Source: Elusimicrobiota bacterium
Lineage (GTDB): Bacteria > Elusimicrobiota > Elusimicrobia > Elusimicrobiales > UBA9959
Length of the DNA: 64,000 bases
Direction of reading: 5' to 3'
NCBI GenBank assembly: GCA_036574205.1
Contig: JAINCQ010000009.1
Coordinates: 1 to 64,000, forward strand
Of this stretch, positions 50,405 through 61,814 are shown in pieces. Position numbers and translations under genes: made by a program. How positions within the stretch are numbered: position 1 is the first letter of the stretch; the number at the start of each line of letters is the position of its first letter. The notes below the pieces were generated by a model. It was given only the letters and a program-made list of their open reading frames with translations, was not told where the DNA came from and ran no database searches.

Positions 50405-51151
50405 TTATTTTACATCTTTATAAACGCCCGGCGGGAAAATCTTAACCATCTGTTCATCTATATACTTTGTTGCCTCAGATGGGTTATCAAGTCTTGTTCC
50501 CCAGTTAGTAGGACACATTGAAAGTATCTCTACAATTGAAAATCCTACTCCATTAACCTGATTTTGAAAAGCCTTTTTAATGGCATTTTTTGTCTTAACA
50601 ACCCCTGCCACATTATGAACAGTGGTTCTTTCAGCATACCTTGTTCCTTCAAGCGATGATAGAAGTTCACACATCCTTATGGGATATCCATTTATTTTTG
50701 GATTTCTTCCTGAAGGAGATGTTGTCGATTTCTGTCCTATTAAAGTTGTTGGAGCCATCTGTCCGCCAGTCATACCATATATAGCATTATTGATAAATAT
50801 TACCGTTATATTTTCATTTCTTGCAGCTGCATGCACTATTTCAGCCATCCCAATGGAAGCAAGATCTCCATCTCCTTGATATGAAACCACTATGGTCTGG
50901 GGTTTTGATCTTTTTATTCCTGTAGCTATGGCAGGTCCTCTTCCATGCGGGCCCTGGATGGCATCACAGTTAAAATAGATATCAGCAAAAACTGAACAAC
51001 CAACAGGCGCTATAAAAATCGTTTTTTCTCTTATATTCAACTCATCCATTACCTCGGCTACCAATCTGTGAACTATTCCATGTCCACAACCGGGACAATA
51101 ATGCATAGGCATATCTAATAAGGATTTTGGTTTTTCATTTAATAGTTGCAT
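50405..51151 (-). CDS. 2-oxoacid:ferredoxin oxidoreductase beta (TPP-binding) subunit
   Basis: YCPGCGHG, GDGDLASIG, NNAIYGMTGGQ. Confidence 0.93.
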   Translation of the reverse strand: MQLLNEKPKSLLDMPMHYCPGCGHGIVHRLVAEVMDELNIREKTIFIAPVGCSVFADIYFNCDAIQGPHGRGPAIATGIKRSKPQTIVVSYQGDGDLASIGMAEIVHAAARNENITVIFINNAIYGMTGGQMAPTTLIGQKSTTSPSGRNPKINGYPIRMCELLSSLEGTRYAERTTVHNVAGVVKTKNAIKKAFQNQVNGVGFSIVEILSMCPTNWGTRLDNPSEATKYIDEQMVKIFPPGVYKDVK

Positions 51152-52217
51152 AATTTTTCACTCCTTCTTTTACAATCTTAACTATTGAATCAAGAACTTC
51201 CTCAGGGGAAATTAATGAGCCGCCGGGTCTTGCATGAAGATGAACATTAGACTTTCCTTCCACAGAAAGCCTTACATCTTCAACCATCTGCCCAAGACTC
51301 ATCTCCACAACAAGGATATTTTTAATTTTTGAAGCTAAATTAAAAAGTTGTTTTTTGGGAAATGGCCATAAAGTAATCGGTCTAAACAAACCAGCTTTTA
51401 TTCCCTTTTCCCTTGCCATCTTTATAGCTGAAGCCGAAACTCTTGCGCTTGTTCCGTAAGCAACAAGCAATATCTCAGCATCTTCCGTCATTCGTTCTTC
51501 AAACCTGACTTCGTTTTTCTCTATTTCTCTATATCTTTCAACACGAGCAAGCACCATTTGCTCAAGCATACCTTCTCTCAGATCATATGATGTTATCCTT
51601 CTTTTTTCTCTCCCATTATTTACACCTAAAGCCCAGTCAGGTTCCTTCAATTTATTAGGATCTATTTCAGGTGTTTTCCATTCAATTGACTCCATCATCT
51701 GTCCTATTACTCCATCGCTTAAAATCATAGCTGGAATCCTGTATTTATAGGCGACATCATAACAAATAGCAGGAAAATCTGCCATTTCCTGAACTCCATT
51801 AGGAGCCATAACAAAAAGCCTATAATCGCCATGTCCACCACCTCTTGTTGCCTGAAAATAATCACCCTGTGAACCCGCAATATTACCAAGGCCCGGTCCG
51901 CCTCTTACAACATTTGCTATTAAAAATGGAAGATCTGCGCCGGCGCAATAAGAAATCCCTTCCTGCTTAAGACTTATTCCGGGACTTGAAGAACTTGTCA
52001 TAGATCTAACTCCTGTGGCAGCAGCCCCATATATCATATTTATCGCGGAGACTTCAGATTCAGCCTGAACAAATGCCCCGCCAACTTCCGGAAGTCTCCA
52101 TGACATATATTCAGGAACTTCATTTTGCGGTGTTATTGGATATCCCGCAAAAAACCTGCAACCTGATCTGACTGCTCCTTCCGCTAAAGCTTCATTGCCT
52201 TTCATTAATATTTTCAT
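51135..52217 (-). CDS. vorB: 2-oxoisovalerate-type 2-oxoacid:ferredoxin oxidoreductase alpha subunit
   Basis: GYPITPQNE, QAESE, TSSSSPGISLKQE, RGGPGLG, GGGHGDY. Confidence 0.88.
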   Translation of the reverse strand: MKILMKGNEALAEGAVRSGCRFFAGYPITPQNEVPEYMSWRLPEVGGAFVQAESEVSAINMIYGAAATGVRSMTSSSSPGISLKQEGISYCAGADLPFLIANVVRGGPGLGNIAGSQGDYFQATRGGGHGDYRLFVMAPNGVQEMADFPAICYDVAYKYRIPAMILSDGVIGQMMESIEWKTPEIDPNKLKEPDWALGVNNGREKRRITSYDLREGMLEQMVLARVERYREIEKNEVRFEERMTEDAEILLVAYGTSARVSASAIKMAREKGIKAGLFRPITLWPFPKKQLFNLASKIKNILVVEMSLGQMVEDVRLSVEGKSNVHLHARPGGSLISPEEVLDSIVKIVKEGVKNYATIK

Positions 52218-52228
52218 AATTTCTCTCC

Positions 52229-52441
52229 TTATAATTCATAAACCTTTATAGCAAGATCCGGACATATTTTAGCGCAGCTTAAACACGCTATACAATCACT
52301 ACCTTTATACTTTGCCGGGTAGTAACCGGTTTTTGAAAAAACAGAGGATTTTTCTATGCATTTTTTGGGACATACCATTATACAAAGATAACAACCCTTA
52401 CACCTTGATTCATCTACTTCCATTTTGCCAGTTTTTGGCAT
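52229..52441 (-). CDS. 2[4Fe-4S] delta subunit of the 2-oxoacid oxidoreductase
   Basis: CKGCYLC...CP and CIACLSC...CPD. Confidence 0.92.
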   Translation of the reverse strand: MPKTGKMEVDESRCKGCYLCIMVCPKKCIEKSSVFSKTGYYPAKYKGSDCIACLSCAKICPDLAIKVYEL

Positions 52442-52565
52442 ATGACCTCCTTGAAATATTATACAAAAATTAATTTAATAAAACATATTTCTTCTAAATA
52501 AGAAATGCTTATAATAAAATTAGCCAATTTTGGATTATAAAAATAAGTTTTTTTTCTTTTTAAGA

Positions 52566-53747
52566 TCACCTTTCAATGCAAATAGCAATTCCCATTCCTC
52601 CACCAATACACAATGAAGCTACACCTTTTTTTACGTTCCTTTTTTCCATCTCATACAAAAGAGTAACAAGTATTCTTGCGCCACTTGCACCTATAGGATG
52701 ACCAAGCGCTATCGCGCCGCCATTTACATTGATATTTTCACCAGTAAGCCCAAGTTCCCTCATAACGGCTATAGACTGAACAGCAAAAGCCTCGTTTAAT
52801 TCCCAAAGACCAACTTCTGAAATATTCCAGTTAGCTTTCCTTAATGCTAATTTCACCGCTTCAACTGGACCAATTCCCATAACAGAAGGATCTACTCCAG
52901 CGTATCCATATGAAACTATTTTTGCCATTGGTTTAAAATTGTATTTTTTTACCATTTCTTCATTTGCCAAAAGAACGCAGGCAGCTCCGTCATTTATACC
53001 GCTTGCATTTCCAGCAGTAACTGTTCCATCTTTTTTAAACGCAGGTTTTAAAGTAGCAATTTTTTCAATCGTTGTGCCAAATCTTGGATATTCATCAATT
53101 TCAAATTTAACTGGCTCTCCTTTTTTTTGAGGTATATCAACAGGGACTATCTCATCTTTAAACCTTCCTTCCTTTATCGCTTTCTCCGCTTTATTTTGAG
53201 ATTTTACAGCAAACTTATCCTGTTCTTCTCTTGATATATTATATTTCTCAGCAAGATTTTCAGCAGTAATTCCCATATGATAGTTATTGAATATATCAGT
53301 TAAACCATCATATATCATCGAATCAATTAACTCTCCAAAGCCCATCTTATATCCCCATCTTGCATTTTTAAGTAAATATGGAGCATTTGACATTGATTCA
53401 GTTCCACCTGCTATGATCATCTTTGCTTCATGCGCTTTTATAAGAGAATGAGAGACTGCTATGCTTCTAAGCCCGGAACCACAAACCATATTAACAGTCA
53501 TAGCGGTTTTATGTTTTGGGATGCCAGAATTAATCTGCACCTGTCTTGCTACATTCATCCCGTTTCCAGCTTGCAAAACATTACCAAATATAACCTCATC
53601 AATATCATTTGTATTAACCTTGGTTTTCTCAATTATTTTTTTAACCACTATTTCTCCAAGTTTGGCGGCAGTAAAATCTTTTAAACTTCCGCCAAAACTA
53701 CCTATTGCAGTCCTTAATGCTTCCACTATGTAAACTTCTGTATGCAT
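52566..53747 (-). CDS. thlA: Acetyl-CoA C-acetyltransferase (thiolase)
   Basis: [29 protein letters not shown]. Confidence 0.93.
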   Translation of the reverse strand: MHTEVYIVEALRTAIGSFGGSLKDFTAAKLGEIVVKKIIEKTKVNTNDIDEVIFGNVLQAGNGMNVARQVQINSGIPKHKTAMTVNMVCGSGLRSIAVSHSLIKAHEAKMIIAGGTESMSNAPYLLKNARWGYKMGFGELIDSMIYDGLTDIFNNYHMGITAENLAEKYNISREEQDKFAVKSQNKAEKAIKEGRFKDEIVPVDIPQKKGEPVKFEIDEYPRFGTTIEKIATLKPAFKKDGTVTAGNASGINDGAACVLLANEEMVKKYNFKPMAKIVSYGYAGVDPSVMGIGPVEAVKLALRKANWNISEVGLWELNEAFAVQSIAVMRELGLTGENINVNGGAIALGHPIGASGARILVTLLYEMEKRNVKKGVASLCIGGGMGIAICIER

Positions 53748-53773
53748 ATCTCCTCCTTTATTTATTTTATCTC

Positions 53774-55018
53774 CTAACCTTTAAAAACAGCGTCAAGACT
53801 TTCACAAACCATTTCTGCAGCATTTTTTATTTCTTTATTAGTATGTCTTGCGCAGATATAACCATGATGATATGGCTGCAAGAATATCCCTCTTCTTATA
53901 AGCTGGGTATAAAACTCGGTTCTATATCTTTTATATAATTCTTTATCATCTTTTTTAAAAGTTATATATGGCATAAAAGGTTCTCCTGAAAAATTGACAG
54001 GATAATCTTTTCTTTTAATGTGTTTTTTGACTATATTAGCAAACTTTTCGCCTTTTTTCTTTATATCTTCAATAAGATTATCCCTTTCAAGGATTTCTAT
54101 TGTTTTCAAAGCTGCGACCATAGCAGTAGAATTTGGAAAATATGTTGATGAAACAAATACCTTATTTGGTGGAGTGACAACGTCCATAATTTCTTTCTTT
54201 CCACAAACCATACTTATTTCATATCCATTTGCCATCGCTTTTCCAAAACATCCTAAATCCGGGGTTACTCCAAAAACTTTCTGCGCACCACCTAAAGAAA
54301 ATCTAAAACCACTTCTTATCTCATCAAATATTAAAACAGCGCCATTTCTATGCGCAAGGTCTCTCAAGCCTTCAAGAAATCCGGGATTTGGCATTTCAAC
54401 TGGATGAGCCAGAGGATGGCCAACAGGAGTTACTATTATCGCAGCAAGATCATCTCTATGCTCCTCAACAAGTTTTTCGGCACCATCAAGATCATTATAA
54501 TGAAACTCATAAACATCTTCATATAGTTTTTTAGGTATCCCTCCTTTAACCTCGACACACCAGTCATGCCAACCATGATATCCACATCTTAAAATCTTAT
54601 TTTTTGAAGTATATCCCCTTGCTATTCTTGTCGCAAGAGTCGTAGCATCTGAGCCAGTTTTAACAAATACCACCATCTCAGCGCATGGTATAATCTCTGT
54701 TATTTTTTTTGCAAGTTTATTTTGTACAGGCTGAACCAGAGACATACAAAAACCTTTTTTCTTAATTTGCTCTATAACAGCATTATCTATTTCTTTTTCT
54801 CTGTGTCCAATAATTATAGGTCCATATGCACAGAGCATATCAATATACCAGTTTCCATCAACATCTCTAACTTTACCACCCTTCGCCTCTTCAAAAAATA
54901 TAGGATACTCTCCCGGGACAAAATTATATGGTCTTCTTATCCCGGCCATACCACCTGGAATAAGTCTTTGAGCTTCTTCATATAACTTAAAAGAATTTTC
55001 TAATTTAATTTTTTCCAT
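53774..55018 (-). CDS. Class III PLP aminotransferase, probably 3-aminobutyryl-CoA transaminase (Kat-like)
   Basis: HemL-like fold ([32 protein letters not shown]); lies between kamE and thiolase. Confidence 0.7.
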   Translation of the reverse strand: MEKIKLENSFKLYEEAQRLIPGGMAGIRRPYNFVPGEYPIFFEEAKGGKVRDVDGNWYIDMLCAYGPIIIGHREKEIDNAVIEQIKKKGFCMSLVQPVQNKLAKKITEIIPCAEMVVFVKTGSDATTLATRIARGYTSKNKILRCGYHGWHDWCVEVKGGIPKKLYEDVYEFHYNDLDGAEKLVEEHRDDLAAIIVTPVGHPLAHPVEMPNPGFLEGLRDLAHRNGAVLIFDEIRSGFRFSLGGAQKVFGVTPDLGCFGKAMANGYEISMVCGKKEIMDVVTPPNKVFVSSTYFPNSTAMVAALKTIEILERDNLIEDIKKKGEKFANIVKKHIKRKDYPVNFSGEPFMPYITFKKDDKELYKRYRTEFYTQLIRRGIFLQPYHHGYICARHTNKEIKNAAEMVCESLDAVFKG

Positions 55019-55049
55019 AAATTACCTCACTAATATTTTATAATTTTAA

Positions 55050-55787
55050 TTATTTCTTTAACATTTTTTCATATATTTTTTTTACAATAAAAGTAGCGAC
55101 ATCTTCTGCATAAGTCCCACTACCAAACCCTGCATCAAATCCTAATTCTACAGCAAGTTTATTATTTATTCTTGGACCACCAACAATCAAAACAAATCTG
55201 TCTCTAAGCCTTTCTGCTTCAATCAATTCAATAAAATTAGTTAGATTCTTGATATGGACTTCTTTCTGAGTAACTATCTGTGATATTAAAATAGCGTCAG
55301 CATTTACTTTCTTTGCTGTCTCAATAAGTTTTTCATTTGGAACCTGAGCCCCTAAATTCATAGCCTCTATCATTGGATATCTTTCAAGTCCAAAATGATG
55401 ATTATAACCCTTCATATTCATAATCGCATCTATACCAACTGTATGAGCGTCAAATCCAGTTGTAGCACCAACTACAACTATCCTTCTTTTTATATTATCT
55501 TTTATATATTGATTAACCTCGTCCATACTCATTGCTTTATCTATGGCCGGGGTATAATCAACCATATCATAATCTATAAAAACATCCGTTTTTACATAAG
55601 CTACAAAAAAAGTGAATTCATCGCTTAACTCAGCCATATGAACTACATCTCCACTTTTAAATCCAAGCTTTTCAAGATACGCTTTGGCGCATTCTTTGGC
55701 TTTACCTCCAAATGGCACAGGTAGAGTAAAAGATAATTGTATAGCTCCATCATTTAAAGTATCTCCATATGGTTTAACTAATCTCAT
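55050..55787 (-). CDS. kamE: Lysine 5,6-aminomutase beta subunit (B12-binding)
   Basis: KPYGDTLNDG.IQLSFTLP, DAHTVGIDAIMNMKG, NLGAQV, DAGFG.G. Confidence 0.95.
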   Translation of the reverse strand: MRLVKPYGDTLNDGAIQLSFTLPVPFGGKAKECAKAYLEKLGFKSGDVVHMAELSDEFTFFVAYVKTDVFIDYDMVDYTPAIDKAMSMDEVNQYIKDNIKRRIVVVGATTGFDAHTVGIDAIMNMKGYNHHFGLERYPMIEAMNLGAQVPNEKLIETAKKVNADAILISQIVTQKEVHIKNLTNFIELIEAERLRDRFVLIVGGPRINNKLAVELGFDAGFGSGTYAEDVATFIVKKIYEKMLKK

Positions 55788-55804
55788 AAATCCTCCTTAA
55801 TAAA

Positions 55805-57391
55805 TTAATTTATTTTCAATCTTTTCTTAAGATAATCTTCTACAGGATTATAATATTCATCTTTCTTTTCAAATACGCCATCAAGTCCCTTTCCTCCATC
55901 TTTAGATCTTTTTATGTCTGCAAACATACCTTTTTCTATAGCATTAAATAAATTAATTTTTTTTACATCTTCTAACATTTTAATAGTCTCATCAAGGACC
56001 TGATTTGCTCTTTTAACAATTATCCCATCTTTTTTAAATGATACTTCTGAAAGAAAATCAGAAATATTATTATGGACATATTTAGCATTTTCTATAGCAA
56101 GAAATCTATCCTGCAAATAAGGGGTATGTATAGCTTCTGTTAGCATTCCAAGTAATTGAATTGTTTGATTTGTGGCCTTAGCCACAAAATTGAACATTGT
56201 ATTCATAGCATACCCCTTAAAAATATTGCCAGTCATAAACTTTGTAGGCGGCATATATTTTAAAGGATGATTAGGAAAAATTTCTCTTGCCATCAAAGCC
56301 TGAGAAAATTCAATCAAAAAACCATTTTTAATATCAGGGTTTATTTCAAAAGCATGTCCAAGTCCAATTAACTCTTCCTTCATTCCAGCTCTTTTCGCAA
56401 AACTTTCATTTATAAACTGAGAAACTAAAACCGTATGAGCTTTTTCAATTGCATCTGATGTGGTAAGATAATTATCCTCCCCCGTATTTATTATAATATT
56501 AGCCGATGCGTTTATCATCCTTGAAAAAAACTGATCTGTAAATGTTCTATACATGTTTATATCCCTAAAAAGTATTCCATACATTGAATCATTAAGCATC
56601 ATATCAAGTCTTTCAATAGCTCCCATTGCAGCTATCTCAGGCATGCAAAGTCCTGAACAATAATTTACAAGCCTTATATACTTTTTAATCCTATCTCCCA
56701 CTTCATCAAGCGCTTTTCTCATTATCCTGAAATTTTCCTGAGTAGCATATGTCCCACCAAATCCTTCTGTTGTAGCCCCATAAGGAACATAATCAAGAAG
56801 ACTTTGGGCGGTTGTTCTTATCACAGCTATTATATCAGCGCCTTCCATCGCCGCAGCTTTAGCCTGCTTAACATCCTCATAAATATTTCCAGTAGCGACT
56901 ATAACATATATCCACGGAAAATTTTCATTAGATTTATATTCCTTTATTTTCATTTCTCTATGTTTTATATTCTCATCTAATTTTTTTTCAAATTTTTCAA
57001 TAAGTTCATTAGCTTTTGCTTTTATCTTTGCCATATCACCAAGTTCAATTTTTGAAAGATCAATAGCCCTATCCGCTATATCTTTATTTAACTCATCCGT
57101 ATTTTTACCTGTTTTAATCATTGCGCCTATATAATATTTTGCAAGCCCGTAACCAATTTTGTCTTTTAACTGATCAATTATTATATTTGGTACTGGTATC
57201 CCATTTCTATCAACTCCATCTGTTCCAAGCAACCTGAGTGTTGCCCTTTCTATCGTAGCAGTAGTATGCATATCTATATATTTTTGTACTTCATTTGTTA
57301 TATCATCGCTGATTTTTCTTGCCTTTTTTATCTTATTTATATCCAGAAATAGCACTGGAGTTTTATCTTTAAGTTTTCTTTGTTTTCTCAT
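55805..57391 (-). CDS. kamD: Lysine 5,6-aminomutase alpha subunit
   Basis: IVATGNIYED, IRTTAQSLLDYVPYG, NYCSGLCMPE, KYMPPTK, TEAIHTP. Confidence 0.95.
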   Translation of the reverse strand: MRKQRKLKDKTPVLFLDINKIKKARKISDDITNEVQKYIDMHTTATIERATLRLLGTDGVDRNGIPVPNIIIDQLKDKIGYGLAKYYIGAMIKTGKNTDELNKDIADRAIDLSKIELGDMAKIKAKANELIEKFEKKLDENIKHREMKIKEYKSNENFPWIYVIVATGNIYEDVKQAKAAAMEGADIIAVIRTTAQSLLDYVPYGATTEGFGGTYATQENFRIMRKALDEVGDRIKKYIRLVNYCSGLCMPEIAAMGAIERLDMMLNDSMYGILFRDINMYRTFTDQFFSRMINASANIIINTGEDNYLTTSDAIEKAHTVLVSQFINESFAKRAGMKEELIGLGHAFEINPDIKNGFLIEFSQALMAREIFPNHPLKYMPPTKFMTGNIFKGYAMNTMFNFVAKATNQTIQLLGMLTEAIHTPYLQDRFLAIENAKYVHNNISDFLSEVSFKKDGIIVKRANQVLDETIKMLEDVKKINLFNAIEKGMFADIKRSKDGGKGLDGVFEKKDEYYNPVEDYLKKRLKIN

Positions 57392-58961
57392 ATTCTTCCT
57401 CCATAAACTTCATAGCATTCTCACATATCTTTATATCTACCCCAAGGATATGAGCTATATCTATAGCATCACTGCCTTTAATTTTAGAATCTTTTACCCT
57501 TATAATCTCATAATCCATAAATCTATTTATTATCTTTATTTTATCGGTAATGCCTAAATCTTTTTTTTCCTGGAAATATTTAAGATATTTAATTTTATTA
57601 AATCCCTTCATCCTCAAAAAATCTATATTTTTAAAATATGATATATCACTGAAGTGAGTGGCGAAAAATAAATAAATATTATTTCTTTCAGATAAATCCT
57701 CAATAATAGAATTCAATAAGGCTGTCGCTTCCATAACATTGGTAGTTTTTGCAAACTCATCCATAATCAAAAGGCTTTTATGCCCTTTGCAGTTTTCCAT
57801 AAATTTGACATATTCATATATTTCATACGCAAAACTACTCAGACCTTTAATCTCATCTGAAACCATAATCGTTTGTATATCATCAAAAATAATAAAGTGA
57901 AATTCTTTAGCAGGGACAAAAAAACCATACTGCGCCATAATCTGTAAGAATATAATTGTTTTTAAGGCAACAGTTTTACCTCCCATATTGGATCCCTGTA
58001 TTATATTTAAACGTTTATTAAAAGAAAAACTAAGTGGGGTATAGTTTATTTTTAATTTCTCAAGTTCCTCTTTTACAGGAAGATATTCTCCTCCTCTTAT
58101 ATATACACCGGTAGATGAAAATTTTGGTCTTTTTAAGTTTAAATCAGCTGCCAACTCGGCAGATGATATTGCTATATCTATCTTGCAAATCGCATCTATA
58201 TATTCAGAAATTTTTTCCCTTACCTTCTCAATAATTTGAGAAATACTTGATATTACTTCATTTTCTATTTTTTTCTCTTCCGCTATCTTTTTTTCTTTTT
58301 TTTGAAAAAGTTCTATATAATCCTGCGGCAGTCTGGGTTTCATCAAAACCCTTGTCCCATCGTATATTTCTATATTAAAATATTCATTAAACTCCGGTTT
58401 AACCTTTGAAGATTCTATAATTATAAAATCTCCCTCAATTGGCAAAGAAAACTTGTCTTTTATTATACTTAAAAAATCCTTTTTCTTTCGCTCCATATCG
58501 GAGATTATATCCGATATTTCCCGCCTTATCATATCAAGCCTTTTATCATATTTATCGCTTATATAAAAAGTATCTGAAAAACCGTCTATATTTAATAACT
58601 TATACAACTCATCTAATTCCCATTTTAAAAGGAAAAATTCTTTTTCCTTTTTGTTTAAAATGGAGTATATGGCATAATAATTATTTATAAATTTTTTGTA
58701 TAAAAAAATATCCACAGCATCACAAACCTTTTTTTCATGATTTATATAAGGAACATTTTTAAGATGATATCTTATTTTATCATAATCAAATCTTTTATCT
58801 TTCCTTAATCTCAGAAATATATCAATCGCATCATATTTATATTCAAGAGTCTTTTTATCGTTTATCAGCTTTATATTCTCTTTATAAATCTTTCCATAAG
58901 GAGTAAGAGGAAGAAATTTTTTTCTGATATAATCAAATTCACAAAATTTCTCTATATTCAT
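57369..58961 (-). CDS. kamC: MutS-like ATPase, probable lysine 5,6-aminomutase reactivase subunit
   Basis: PLTPYG N-terminus, GSNMGGKT, GLSSFAYE, MDEFAKTTN, ATHF; overlaps kamD. Confidence 0.8.
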   Translation of the reverse strand: MNIEKFCEFDYIRKKFLPLTPYGKIYKENIKLINDKKTLEYKYDAIDIFLRLRKDKRFDYDKIRYHLKNVPYINHEKKVCDAVDIFLYKKFINNYYAIYSILNKKEKEFFLLKWELDELYKLLNIDGFSDTFYISDKYDKRLDMIRREISDIISDMERKKKDFLSIIKDKFSLPIEGDFIIIESSKVKPEFNEYFNIEIYDGTRVLMKPRLPQDYIELFQKKEKKIAEEKKIENEVISSISQIIEKVREKISEYIDAICKIDIAISSAELAADLNLKRPKFSSTGVYIRGGEYLPVKEELEKLKINYTPLSFSFNKRLNIIQGSNMGGKTVALKTIIFLQIMAQYGFFVPAKEFHFIIFDDIQTIMVSDEIKGLSSFAYEIYEYVKFMENCKGHKSLLIMDEFAKTTNVMEATALLNSIIEDLSERNNIYLFFATHFSDISYFKNIDFLRMKGFNKIKYLKYFQEKKDLGITDKIKIINRFMDYEIIRVKDSKIKGSDAIDIAHILGVDIKICENAMKFMEEEYEKTKKT

Positions 58962-59832
58962 AAGGGTTGTATATAAACCTCTGCGCTGTTTTTTTATCAA
59001 AATTTTTTTCAAACTGGTCTATACTAATATCATATAAATTTATTACATAACCACAAAATTTAAATTTTTTAATAAAAAAAATCCTGTATTTTCTTTTTAT
59101 TTTAATAAAATCATTAAAATTAAGAAACACTTTAGTAAAATCTGAAAGTATAATCTTTTTTGCATTTTTATCAAGCGATTGTAGTTTTGAGTAAGTAAGC
59201 GCCCCTTTTAAAAAAATAGTATCATTATATACTGTATAATCCTCCTTCATAGATTCTATAAAATCCATATTCTCCTTACTTATTTCAACATCCATAACAG
59301 ACTCAAAAAAATTTATCTTTTCTTTGACAGCTTCAATATTAGATGGCTCAACCTTGAAAACATAATAAAATTCTCCATCAGAAAAAGAGGAAATCTGAGT
59401 TATCCTGTCAAAGGCGCCATCAATAAAAATATTATCAAATATATTTTTCTTTTGATTTATAATATCAAAAATCTGACTATTAGTTCCAACACTTGAAAGC
59501 ATTACAGAGGAATCTGACTTTAAAGAAATTACAACAGATTTTCCTCCCATAACATCAAAATCCAGGAGATCCACAATCTCGTAAGAAGTGGATATATATT
59601 TAAGAAAGGCTGTATTTGTAATAAACTGCCAGTTTTTTTTCATTTTAAGAAGCGGTTTTGGGACCGGATTTAAAAAATCCGATTTAACGGCGTCTACCCC
59701 GATGGATGCGCAAAATATTTTATCTTTTGAAGTATATTTAGACAGAAGATAATTCAGGAAAGTTGTCTTCCCGCAATTTTTCTGAAAACCGGTAATAAAA
59801 ACAACCTTGCCCTTGTGATTATTAAATACCAT
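58939..59832 (-). CDS. kamB: Probable lysine 5,6-aminomutase reactivase subunit (KamB-like)
   Basis: G..KNCGKTTFLN, SIGVD, IDGAFDR, GALT; directly upstream of the kamC-like gene. Confidence 0.7.
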   Translation of the reverse strand: MVFNNHKGKVVFITGFQKNCGKTTFLNYLLSKYTSKDKIFCASIGVDAVKSDFLNPVPKPLLKMKKNWQFITNTAFLKYISTSYEIVDLLDFDVMGGKSVVISLKSDSSVMLSSVGTNSQIFDIINQKKNIFDNIFIDGAFDRITQISSFSDGEFYYVFKVEPSNIEAVKEKINFFESVMDVEISKENMDFIESMKEDYTVYNDTIFLKGALTYSKLQSLDKNAKKIILSDFTKVFLNFNDFIKIKRKYRIFFIKKFKFCGYVINLYDISIDQFEKNFDKKTAQRFIYNPYEYREIL

Positions 59833-59844
59833 AAATATAGTATA
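59833..59844 (-). promoter_or_regulatory. -10 element 6 nt before ATG (candidate leaderless promoter of the kam operon)
   Basis: Minus strand TATACT-ATATTT-ATG; no SD. Confidence 0.45.
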
Positions 59845-59950
59845 AAAAATAGAGTCGGATTTTACAATAAGAGAAAATAATCAATCAAAAAAATAGCTAC
59901 AGAAATCATTAAAAAATTAATTTAACCTCAAAATATAAATAAGGATTATA

Positions 59951-61170
59951 TTAAAAATAGACTATATCATCATTGTAATAAAGCGAAAGAAAGAGAAGAA
60001 GATATTCCCTTATATGCCTTGTTATTAAAAAATTATTTTTAACATGTTCCTTTCCATTTATTCCCAGTTGTTTCGCGTAATCTGGATTTGAGAGAAGTTG
60101 TTTAAGATAATATGCTGCGCCTTCTATAGAATATATAAGTATTCCGCTATATTTATGAGTAATTTGAAGCGGGATTCCACCAACAGCCGAAGCTATAACC
60201 GGTTTCTCTTTCCATAAAGCCTCTGAAACTGTTAAACCAAAACCTTCTTTAAGAGACTTTTGTAGAATTATTGTGCTTCCTCTCTGGAGCGCATTTATCG
60301 CAATATCGTCATGCGGTAACAAAATAACATGGATATCTTTGTCATTTTGAGCTTCGTATTTTGTTTCTTCATATACCTCCATACCTTGCGGATCGTCAAT
60401 TGCGCCGCTGCCCGCCAGAACCAGCTGACAATCAATATATTTTTTAACAATATTATAAACTTTAATAACGCCAATAGGATCTTTTAATCTATCAAAACGA
60501 GAAATCTGGGTTATTATCGGCCTTGATAAATCTATTTGATATTTCTCAAAAACTTTTTCTATTTCTTTACTATCCAGTTCTTTATTTTTATCGCTCAATG
60601 GGTCTATGGAAGGGGGTATCATGATCTGAGCAATTGATATATCTTTTTTAGAAAACTGAGGAGCTGAAAAAACTGATGAATCATACTTTAAAATATAATT
60701 TTTCAAAAACTCATATATATTTTTTTGAGCCTCTGTTATATCAATATGACATCTCCATATCCATTTATTTGAATATTTTTCTCTTTCTTCAATAAGAGCA
60801 ATTGGTTGAGGATCATGAATAAAATTTATATCATAAGATAAATCCATATTTTTAACATTGTCTCTGTTCACCTGAATAAAATATTCAAGTTCTTCTTTTG
60901 AAAACTCAAGGTTAGCTCCATGTAATGCATTATGCATTTCCTTTGTTATGGAAAAAAACTTCCCATCTCCTTTTATAACATTCCATTTTGCTTCAACCCC
61001 AAGCTGATTTAATAACGGCACCATCTTTGACAATATCTCGGCCCCCCCCCGCCAACAGCAGTAGAATTTATGTTATTTACTTTTTTACCTTTAAGCCTTT
61101 CCCCAAGAAAATACAATTCATCTATAACATACTTCCCAACAATCGGAATATAATCATTTAGATCAATCAT
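59951..61170 (-). pseudogene. treT: Trehalose glycosyltransferring synthase, frameshifted
   Basis: From ATG 61170: MIDLNDY...INSTAVGGG, then a 1-nt loss in the G9 run (61042-61050) before AEILSKM. Also HDPQP, WRCHID, SRFDRLKD, EGFGLTVSEALWK. Confidence 0.88.
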
Positions 61171-61814
61171 CTTTTTAACTCCATTTCAATAAACTTCATA
61201 AGTTTTATTCTTAAATTTTCAAGAGTCATGGTATATGGATCAAATTTTAAAATTTTTTTTGACAGGTTTTCATAACCTTGCTCTTTCAGCCACAAAGTAA
61301 AATCATTTTCATTTGTTTTTAATCTTAACCTTGCATCAAACATATGGAAATAAATAGAATTTATATCTATATTTTTTATAATTTCGTAAAACTCATATAA
61401 ATTTGTGGCAATCATTTGAGTAGATATAACAAATGTCTGGCAACTTTTAAAATAAAACTCATCTCCTTTTTCACAGGGCTTTAAACAATCCTGTTTATTT
61501 TCCTTTATGTAAAGTTTTAAAACTCTTAAAATCTCTTCCCTCAACTCCCTTAAACTACTATAACTCACAGTATCTATGCTAGCAAGATTTTCAGCTAACT
61601 TTTTTAGATTTAAAGAACCTTTTATCCAGTAAGCGAAATCGTTTGCAGGTTCTGGAGAAAGATAATGATGTTGTTTTATAAACCTGTGAGTATGATAAAA
61701 AATAGATGCAGACGGTATTATACTAATGCCTTCCTATAATTCCTCAATGTTAGACGCCTTTATCCCAAGTAATTTAACCAGATGAAACTCACTTTTGAAT
61801 TCAAATGATTGCAT
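61167..61814 (-). pseudogene. DUF5752-family protein with in-frame TAG at codon 27
   Basis: From ATG 61814: MQSFEFKSE...NIEEL*EGI...SIFYHTH...NDFAYW continues in frame into ORF 61167-61568, which has the second repeat SIYFH...NDFTLW. Confidence 0.85.

Noticed and set aside
57369..58961. Mismatch-repair MutS or MutS2
   Set aside because: It lacks mismatch-binding and Smr domains, and the context fits KamC.
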